Source of the DNA: Octopus bimaculoides | Taxonomy: Eukaryota | Length of the DNA stretch: 64,000 bases | Reading direction: 5' to 3' | Assembly (NCBI RefSeq): GCF_001194135.2 | Contig: NC_069003.1 | Location: 31,517,191 to 31,581,190, forward strand | Shown: positions 1-9,567 of the stretch, piece after piece | Numbering within the stretch: the first letter of the stretch is position 1 | Layout of the letters: each line of letters begins with the position of its first letter | Notes under the pieces: model-generated | The model's database searches: none | Seen by the model: the letters and a program-made list of their open reading frames with translations, nothing else | Told to the model about the DNA's origin: nothing | Translations under genes and position numbers: made by a program

Positions 1-92
1 TACACACACATACATATATATACACATGTATATATTTATATATATATATATGCACACACACATAAACACATGTATATATATATACACACACA

Positions 93-140
<48 letters not shown>

Positions 141-141
141 C

Positions 142-172
<31 letters not shown>

Positions 173-498
173 TACATATATATACATACATACATACGCA
201 CACACATACACACTGACACACACACACACAGACATACACACACATACACACACACACACACACACAACGCACACATGAATAGTGGTGATTCCTGCTACAT
301 AAGGCAGAGCATGCAATTTATAAAAATCAAAGCAATATAATTGAAGCAGGGTATATATAGCATGTATATGGCTTCTTTGCAGCCATCTGAAGTTAAAAAA
401 TGAAAGATTTATAACCAAATCTAATTTGTTATTTGCATTCAATTATATATTCTAGACATGCAGAAAACACACGGATATATATTTATCCGAAAAAGTAT

Positions 499-634
499 AG
501 TATCAAATATCCATCACGGCTGATCTTACCAAATGGTTTCATGTAAAGAATACAATGGAGTGTTAGGTAACAATCTGATTATATAACTTCACACTCATCA
601 GAGTTAGCTGATATGGAAGGGAATATGGTGACTG
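499..634 (-). ncRNA. Type I hammerhead ribozyme repeat, copy 1 (core intact)
   Basis: Minus strand: AACT-CTGATGA(601-595)-GTGTGAAG..CTTTACAT-GAA-ACC-ATTT-GGT-A|AGAT. Predicted cleavage is between 527 and 526. Stem I is imperfect. Confidence 0.75.
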
Positions 635-681
635 ATTGAAAACCGAAGAATAACTATAATACGGGCAACGCTATTCTTCAC

Positions 682-725
<44 letters not shown>

Positions 726-930
726 AGGTGAAGAATGAAACTGCCAGTGTTATATCTATTCTTTGGTTTTCAATCTGGCAATCATTGCAATGACATATCG
801 GTGACAAATCAAATGTCATGCATGATTACATGGATAAGAACAATGATACTGCCATACTGATTATATAATGTACGTTATATAAAAATAGACCCACAGCTGT
901 TTAGTCATGACCAAATGAAGATGAGATAGA

Positions 931-977
<47 letters not shown>

Positions 978-1218
978 NNNNNNNNNNNNNNNNNNNNNNN
1001 NNNNNNNNNNNNNNNNNNNNNNNNNNNNNNNNNNNNNNNNNNNNNNNNNNNNNNNNNNNNNNNNNNNNNNNNNNNNNNNNNNNNNNNNNNNNNNNNNNNN
1101 NNNNNNNNNNNNNNNNNNNNNNNNNNNNNNNNNNNNNNNNNNNNNNNNNNNNNNNNNNNNNNNNNNNNNNNNNNNNNNNNNNNNNNNNNNNNNNNNNNNN
1201 NNNNNNNNNNNNNNNNNN

Positions 1219-1252
<34 letters not shown>

Positions 1253-2897
1253 TCTAAACAATGAAGGTGTTTTATCAATATACTATTAAATGTCTACCCA
1301 CAAAGTCTAGATAATTACTTACGAACGTGCACGTGCACACACATGCATGTGTCTATGTGCATTTGTGTATATATATATCAGTATGTATATCTGTGTGTGT
1401 TTATGTGTGTACATTTGCATGGTTATTGTGGTATATATGTATATACTTAAACATAATTGACTTACTCACATTTGCTGCCAATTTGGCCATGTCACATCTA
1501 CCTCATCATATCACAAGCATCAATTATCATCTCTTATCATTATCATAATGATTATTATCAATAGCATAATCATTGTTTGTTTGTTTTTTGGAACAATAAA
1601 TCTTGAAGCACATAATGCTATGAATAACATGTCCCATGGGCAGCCGTCAACTTTTTCTATCCAAAAGGAAATTTTCATCTCATTACTTACATGCTATCAT
1701 TTATAGCTCTATCTGCTCCAAGATCCATTGTTCCAAAACATAGTTATTTCACATTCTCTCAAAAGTTTATAAATTCTTATGGCATCAATTATCATCTTTA
1801 TTTTCATTATCCTTATCAGCATCCTAATTATCCTCATCATAACACAAACTCTTTCATTTTTTACTTCATTGTTTTCACCTCTGTCTCATATGTTAGTTTG
1901 GCTTTACTTATTCTGTTCTGTCTAAAGTGGAATCTGTTTGTCAGTCAGGTGAACTGAGGCACTGACTATAGTGGTGAGGCATGAACATAAAAATCACCAT
2001 ATTTTCCAGCATACAAGTAAAATTTCTCAGACTAAAATTTACAGCCATAAAAGTTTTTAAAAAAGGTATGTTGAATTATACACCAACACAAATTTGGAGG
2101 ACCAAAAATTCCATATGAAATGCAGGAGGATTTGGAAAGATGGTAATGATGTTTGAACATTTACAATATGTTTACTTTATATGCAGGAAAATATGAAACC
2201 TAGAACTGCACCTCCTCCTCCTCATCATCATCACAACAACACTGTAGTTGGGTAATTTAAGCCTTTTGTCAATACTACCAGCATCATCATCACCATCATT
2301 AAGAGGAGATTGCCGTCATCATTAAGAGGAGAAAGAGGTATGAAATGACTTCAGGACAGGGCAAATGGAAAATGTCACACTCATACCTCTCTCCTCACCA
2401 AAATATTAGTGAAAAAAAAAAGTGAAGGATTTTCATTGAGGATTTGAAACCTGTTTACATATTTCATTTGATGAAAATTTGCTGCCATCGCCACGTCTAC
2501 CACAGTATAAAGTCTGTCTGGCTTTCAAGTCAACAAAATTAGCAGGCAGTGGAGTCAGGGACAGGTAGAGATCCCTATATTATTTTAAGAATGCAGGGCA
2601 TAGGAAGCAGAGGTGACTGGGAAGCTGCAATGTTCATGCCTTTCCAGAGGGAAGCAGGGATACGGATTAGCAGCATAAGGGAAGCAAATTGTTTTCAGCG
2701 AGAAACTGAAAGCAGATCACGTACTTCACTCACCGAGACCTTACCTCTTGCTCTAAACCGGTTGTCACTTCATTTATTCTGACATGATGGCCATAGGAGG
2801 ATTGAATAAAAAATACAAACTATTTTAAAGCAAAAGAAGAAATAAGCACTTTTCTCTCTCTCCCTCTCTCTCTCTACAAGAATATATATACACTCAC

Positions 2898-3072
2898 ACA
2901 AGGGGGGTGCTGGAAAGTTCTTGGCTTTGGGTAAAAGAAAATACAAGAGGATCAGTTAATTATGATTTTAGTCAACATACTCCCCTCTCAGATTCACACA
3001 CTTATTATAACAGCCTTTCAGTTTCTCAAAGTCCTGTAAAAGAACTCAGACGGTTGGGCCTCCAACTAGGCT
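2898..3072 (+). mobile_element. Mariner-type non-autonomous element, left end only
   Basis: Starts with AGGGGGGTGCTGGAAAGTTCTTGGCT, resembling a mariner TIR (TACGAGGG..AAAAGTTCC..). No right TIR was seen. Confidence 0.55.
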
Positions 3073-3154
3073 TATTTTGAGAAGAAGGCAAAGTTGATTA
3101 TATTTACCCCAGTACCTGACTGGTACTTTATTATATCAACCCTAAAAGGTTTAA

Positions 3155-3382
3155 CCCTTTCGTTACTGTATTTATTTTAAGATGCTCTGTGTTTCTTTCA
3201 ATTACTTTAAATATAACAAAGAATTTAGTAAAATAACTTAGTTATCATTAAGCTGGTGTTAGGAACACATAAATTGTGACTAAGGTTTGGTGGAAGATAT
3301 TAATTCAAAATTTATGAAAACAAGACATTTGTACTCAGAGCCAGAGCCGGAGCCAGTTTCAGCTGGGTTGGTAACAAAAGGG
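3155..3382. mobile_element. piggyBac-type MITE with TTAA target duplication, nested in a SINE
   Basis: TTAA-CCCTTTCGTTAC ... GTAACAAAAGGG-TTAA. The flanks rejoin to the SINE sequence AAAGG.TTAAAGG. Confidence 0.85.
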
Positions 3383-3489
3383 TTAAAGGTAAAGTTGGCC
3401 TCAGCAGAATTTGAACTCAGAACATAACGAATCGTAAGAAAGTCTGCTAAGCCTTTTGTCTGACATGTTATTGATTCTACCACTTTGTT

Positions 3490-3595
3490 GCCTTCTTCCT
3501 TCCATATATTAATGCTACCTTCTTCCTTCCATATATTAATGCTACCTTCTTCCTTCCATATATATATTGCTGCCTTCTTCCTTCCATATATTCCT
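3490..3595. repeat. 27-bp tandem repeat, about 4 copies (GCTACCTTCTTCCTTCCATATATTAAT)
   Basis: Direct inspection. Confidence 0.85.
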
Positions 3596-3716
3596 TCTAT
3601 ATATTAATGACCAACTTGAAGTCAGCTTTGTTAGCTTTATATTCTCTTATTCAAATGACACTAACATTCAGATTAACAAAAATTTATCTCAGACATTTAG
3701 ACATTTAATCAACCTA

Positions 3717-3726
3717 TTTATTTATT
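3717..3726 (-). terminator. Overlapping AATAAA polyadenylation signals of LMTK
   Basis: The minus strand reads AAATAAATAAATA, with an ATTAAA just downstream. This is the first AATAAA I found after the stop codon, implying a ~1 kb 3'UTR. Confidence 0.55.
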
Positions 3727-3866
3727 TACCATAAACACACATCTATAGACATGCATTGAGAGATGCACTAAAACACGTGGACATCATATCTCAGACATGT
3801 CCGAGTCCCACATCTTGATGAGATGTAAAATGACCACTCGAAGACTTGTTCTTCATATTGTCTATC

Positions 3867-4030
3867 TAAGGCAAGATGCAGTGTATGTAAGGCAGGATAT
3901 GGTATATGTAAGGCAAGATATGGTGTATGTAAGGCAAGATATGGTCTGTGTGTGTAAGGCAAGATTTGGTATGTGTAAGGCAAGATATAGTGTATGTAAG
4001 GCAAGATATAGTGTATGTAAGGCAAGATAT
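3867..4030. repeat. 21-bp minisatellite, 8 homogeneous copies (TAAGGCAAGATATGGTGTATG)
   Basis: Direct inspection. It produces heptad-repeat ORFs (VYVRQDM). Confidence 0.95.
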
Positions 4031-4094
4031 GTATTGATATATCTCTGGCAAGCTGTACTGTAGCTAAATCAGCTTATATAATTATGTCAACTGT

Positions 4095-4520
4095 AAAGTA
4101 AATGAGGAAAGATGTAATGTATTTGCAGCAACATGCAGAGTGTCTATTGGAACATGCAGTATGTCTATTACAACATGAAATGTGTCTAAGGAAACATGAA
4201 GTGTGTCTAAGGAAATATGAAGTGTATCTATGGTAACATGTAATGTGTCTAAAGCAATACACGATGTAACAGTGTACTTACAGCAACACACTGTATCTAT
4301 GACAACATGAAGTGTGTTTATGGCAACATGCAGTATGTCTATGGTGGCATGTAGTGCATCTATGGTGACATGCAATGTATCTATGGCAACATGCAGTGTG
4401 TCTATGGCAATGTAGAGTGTATTTATGACAATATACAGTATCTAGACCAAGATGTAGCATATCTATAGCAATATATAATGTATCTATGGCACAATATGTG
4501 TTATATCTATGCCAATACTC
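4095..4520. repeat. 21-bp minisatellite, roughly 19 diverged copies (TATGGCAACATGCAGTGTGTC), related to the 3867 array
   Basis: Direct inspection. It produces heptad ORFs (IDTLHVA / HRHTACC). Confidence 0.9.
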
Positions 4521-4740
4521 AATCTTCTAGGGTAATATCTGATGTATTTAAGATGTTAAGCAAAGAATCAAAATATAATTAAATCAAGATAATACAATCC
4601 AGTAATATAGATACTATTTCGCTACAAACTATACCTGATTATTTGTATTCAGCACCAAAAAAAATCTAACAAAATATTTGCCAATTGAAAAAAGGGAGTA
4701 ACAAAGAAATAACACAGTAAATAAATGGAAATGTCTATTG

Positions 4741-6178
4741 TTAAATAAATACCTTTGATGTGTCTGAATTGCCAACTGTTGTGAGATCTTGACTGGTGGA
4801 ATATTTTAAATGAAGGCTACGTGGAATATCAAAATTGTCCATTTCAAGTCCATCGTCATCATCACCAATGTCCAGATCGATATCATTGAGAGAGGAAATT
4901 GTATAAAATGTTCGACGTGGTGGTGTTTTTTTACTAATTGGAGAGATGACCCGACTGGTCAGGATCTCCGATGCAATGGAACACGCGTTAAGTCCAGTTC
5001 CGGACGTGGAGAAACAACTATTATCTGATTTACCAAAAGAAAATTCACTGTTTTTACCTAGATGTGGGAGCGATGCCAACGTATGTCTTCGCCTTTTATT
5101 GTGGGTAACTGGTTTGGGGTTCGAATCCATGGACCAGTCAAAGTCCAAGCTTCGACGGGGTGAGGGCACATTATCACAGCTTTTACCCACAAGCTGTCCA
5201 CCAACTAGTTCATCCCATTCGTAAGAGTCTTGTTGCGATGGAGAGTCATCAGAATTGCTTTTTATTAGCCGAGATTTATTAAAAGTCCCACTAAAACTGT
5301 CTACAGGTATACCATTTTCCGGTATTGGCGCTAAAGGCATTGCTTTCATATTGGAACGACGTAAGCCGCTTGAATTTGGACGTCTTTGAAAATAGATGTC
5401 GGCCATTTCTTCAGAGATCTCAGGAGACGATTCATTGGCACTTTCATCACTACAAGAATGGATCGAGCTCAGATCTTGGATACGCTCTGATGAACGCTGC
5501 AGCTCAGCATCTGAGTGAGAAGGTGAAGTATTGGGAGACACGTTTGGTATTGGAGAAGGCATTCCATCTTCTTCAGTGCTATTTGCCTTTTTCACTTTGC
5601 TGGTACTGATTGGACTGGATCCATCGACACTATCGACATCATCATGACCAGAAAGGTCAACTTTACCCTGTTTTGCAATGGCTTTTGCTGGACTTTTTGG
5701 TTCCAACTGAAACTCAGGATCGAGATGGAGCATAGTTTCACTGTTTGGTGCATTCTTTGTTTCAGACTCTAGCTGAGCTAAAAGCTTCTCTTCAGTTTCT
5801 GTATTGATGTCGGTCACCAAATCGCTATCATTAAAGGTCAAGAGGTGACGGCTAGCCAATGGAATGGTCAGACCATTTTCTAATGGAACTTCGATGGGAA
5901 TATTAAGAGCTACATCTCCTGTGTTACCGTTTGCTACAGGAGCTTCAGTCTCAGCTACAAACAATTCCAGAGCATCTGTCGCTATCTCCATGGATTCTGG
6001 GGCAATTCCATGACTTGGGCTTTCGATTTCAACTGGACTCAGAATATTCCATTTACTTTCAAAATCTGATTCTTCCATGTTCTTCAAAGAGATCTCCAGA
6101 TCCAACAGATGACCATGTAATTCCTCAATTGTAGGACGCTGTTCTGGTTTCTGCCAACACATTTTCATCAGTTCGTAT
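4741..6178 (-). CDS. LMTK: LMTK terminal coding exon (end of kinase domain plus long acidic/Ser-rich tail, ends SKVFI-stop)
   Basis: ttattcag acceptor at 6179-6180, ~478-codon open frame, TAA at 4741-4743. Confidence 0.93.
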
Positions 6179-9100
6179 CTGAATAAAACAAAAGACAAAA
6201 ATTAAAGAGGAGTCAAAGAATTTCTCAAATTCTAAATAAAACGAATATTGTTAAAACTATATACAAACCAAGATGGTAGCATCTACATGGGTGATCAGCC
6301 TGCTAGAAATAGCAGCTAAATCCCTTGCACTTTAATCCTGTTACAATGACTCCTTATCTCTTTTTGACTTTGTGGTGTACTGGAGGTCAAACAAAAGAAT
6401 GACTAGTGCAGTCTGCAGAGTAATTACTGGTACACATCAGTTTTAACTCTTTTAGCATTCAATGGGACTGAACTCAGAACCATGTGGTTGGGAAGGAAAC
6501 TTTTTACCACATAGCCATGCCTACAACAGAATGATCACAACTGGAAATTCTTTGATCAATAGTCAGCTGGATCAGGGACGACTTAGGGTTAAACAACAAC
6601 ATCAAAAACATTAGACAATTTAGTATTAAATACTCAATACTCAAGAGAAGGATGAGATGGCCATGGCTGGAATGTTATTTGATCATTGATCTCCTGGATC
6701 AGAGTTGACATGGAGTAAAACAACAAGCATAGAATTTTACAGAGTATAGTCAGTGTTACGTAGAACTTACATGTTGATCTTCTGGTGCTCAGGATAATTT
6801 GGAACTGGCAGAACTTCTGTCTTCTTTAGAACAACACAGTCCAAGACTTGTTCATCGGTCAACCAATGATAGGGCTGTCGGCCAAACTGTATCAATTCCC
6901 ACATGCTCACACCATAAGACCTGGGAGTTATGAAAATAAAAAATGAAAATGATAAAAGTGTGAGAGGCTAAATCTGGCCAGTTTGAACATAAAATGTGTA
7001 GAACATCTGGGCTGGACATGGTTGGTTTAAGTGCTAAAGGGTTAAATGTACCAGTTCTTTTGATTTTAGAAGGAAAACAAGAAGATTCTGTAAAAGACTT
7101 GAATTGAGATGCTTACCAAATATTGGCCTGAGGTGTAAAAGCCTTTGTACGCCAAACTCCTTTTTGTAAAGTAAGCGTCTCAGGAGCCATCCACCGGACT
7201 GGCAACAGGTCACACCCTGTATCATAATAATCCTCCTACAATAGACATTTTAGATATATTTATACAATTGTTGCTGAAATGATGTATAAAGAATTAAACC
7301 AGACATATACAGACCTGGTCTATTAACAACATACAAAAAATTTAACAACACATAGATAGATGTGAGTGTAGGTATGGTTGTGTGGTTAAGAAGGTTGCTT
7401 TGCAGCCATATGGGTTTTGGGTTCAGTCCCACTGTACAGCACTTGAGGCAAGTGTCTTTTGTTATATGTAACCCCAGGCCAGCAATTTATGAGGGAATTG
7501 GTTCATGGAAACTGATCATGTGTGAACATACATATATATAAATATATCTTTTATTTTATTTTTTTTTTTTACTTGTTTTAGTCACTAGACTGCAGCCATG
7601 CTGGGGTAGCACCTTGAAAACTTTTTGGTTGAATAAATTAACCCCAGTACTTATTTTTTTCGAGCCTGGTAATTATTCTATCAGTCAGTCTCTTTTGCTG
7701 AACCACTAAGTTACGGGGGACATAAACACACCAACACCAGTTATCAAGCAATGGAGGGAGGGACAAATGCACACACACACACACACACATGTATGTATAT
7801 AATGTGCTTCTTTCAGTTTCTTTCTACCAAATCCACTCACAAGGATTTGGTCAGCCCAAAGATATAGTAGAATACACTTGCCAAAGATAATAAATAAAAA
7901 GGAAGGGGTGGTCAGAATTGGAACACATTTGATCATATGTCTGCTCAAACAGGACTGACCTGGGGTTAAACAACATCTCATCAGCCAAAGAAGCCCTGCA
8001 AAATTTATAAGAATCATCCTTGTTACTTGGAGTATATATCTCCCGCCTTTGCTGATGTGGCAACGGTTACAAGGATGAGCCCCACTGACTCACCTCCACC
8101 ATTAATCAAACTAATGAGAGGAAGCCTCTTCGTTGCTAAAAATAACAGTCTAAATTTTCCTAAAGAAATTGGAAGGACACATTGGATAATTTAGTCATAA
8201 ATGCATACATTGTTTGATAGAAGAGGAGCAAAATGATTGATGGTTATGACTGAAAAACCATTTGATTATAGATCTATTGAATGAGGACTGACCAGGAGTT
8301 ATGAAATAACATCAACACCATTCCTACCTCGAGTCAATCAGGGAACTTCTTTGAGGCCAGTCACCTGTTAGAAATAACAGTCAAATCTCTCTCAAATCAT
8401 GCCCTGCTGTTTACAAAAAATACATGTTGAATAATGTGGTCTTGTGTTCCTCTGCACACAATAAAAAGTTGGAATGGTCACAGTTGGAATGTATTTGATA
8501 AGGGCTATCCATTCCCTTGTAATTATGTGCCGAAAAATAAACTTCTACATCCATCATGTGACAGTAGAAAGCTATATTATTATGAGTTAAATATACCCTT
8601 TGATGAGCATTGGTGACCTTACAAGTCAACAAATGGTGACCCCCACTATAACAATGACCTGTTTGGTATGTTGACCTACATTCAAATGTTTGCAGTGTAA
8701 AAGGCGTAGGAGTGGCTGTGTGGTAAGAAGCTTGCTTCCCAACCACATGGTTCCGGGTTCAGTCCCACTGCGTGGCACTTTGGGCAAGTCTCTTCTACTA
8801 TAGCCTCGGGCCGACCAAAGCCTTGTGAGTGGATTTGGTAGACGGAAACTGAAAGAAGCCCGTTGTATATATGCATATATATATATGTATGTGTTTGTGT
8901 GTCTGCGTTTGTTCCCCCCAACATTGCTTAACAACCGATGCTGGTGTGTTTACGTCCCCGTAACTTAGCGGTTCGGCAAAAGAGACCGATAGAATAAGTT
9001 CTAGGCTTCCAAAGAATAAGTCCTGGGGTCGATTTGCTCGACTAAAGGCGGTGCTCCAGCATGGCCACAGTCAAATGACTGAAACAAGTAAAAGAAATCT

Positions 9101-9528
9101 TTTTTTTATTGTTTGATATTTTTATTTATATAGGACATAAAACATGAGATACTTTATGTGTGTGTATGCATGCATGTGTGCATGAGTGCATGCATATGTG
9201 CAGTAGTGGTGGCAGAGGGGGGAATGGAAAGCTATGTTGTGCATAATTTTGCCCAATGGGAATGAAGTGAAATGGTGACAACTAGGACGTTAATCCTTTA
9301 GCATTCAGGTTACACTGTCAAATGTAAAGCTCATTTATTTAGTAACATTGTTTTCGGTTAATCATGCGTTATCTCATAGCTTCAAGATCTCAATGATGTG
9401 ATTGTTTATTTTTAGACTGATACTGTTTGGGTAGGTGTGAGAGGCAAGATCTGGCCAGTTTGAACAAAACAGGTAGAATATTTTGGCTGAATATGGCCAG
9501 TTTAAATGCTAAAGGGTTAAACCAGATT

Positions 9529-9567
<39 letters not shown>

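Noticed and set aside
26-340. YI/HT/CV-rich ORFs here and throughout (e.g. 25263-25770, 44900-45247, 54016-56178, 57210-58727)
   Set aside because: These are translations of TA/CA/TG microsatellites or N gaps, with no splice or domain support.
2549-2782. ORF with GDWEAAMFMPFQR faintly like the CRE/NeSL endonuclease tail (GD...FLFQRLS)
   Set aside because: The similarity is too weak, and the diagnostic QRGNA motif is absent.
3768-4460. Heptad His/Cys-rich ORFs (IDTLHVA, HRHTACC) as a metal-binding protein
   Set aside because: All frames on both strands stay partly open because the unit is 21 bp, and copies contain stops. The region is better explained as a UTR minisatellite.
3867-4520. CRISPR-like array
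   Set aside because: The repeats are contiguous with no unique spacers, the context is eukaryotic, and there are no cas genes.
8703-8780. tRNA genes (A/B boxes at many SINE heads)
   Set aside because: There is no complete cloverleaf, and each continues into a SINE body and tail.
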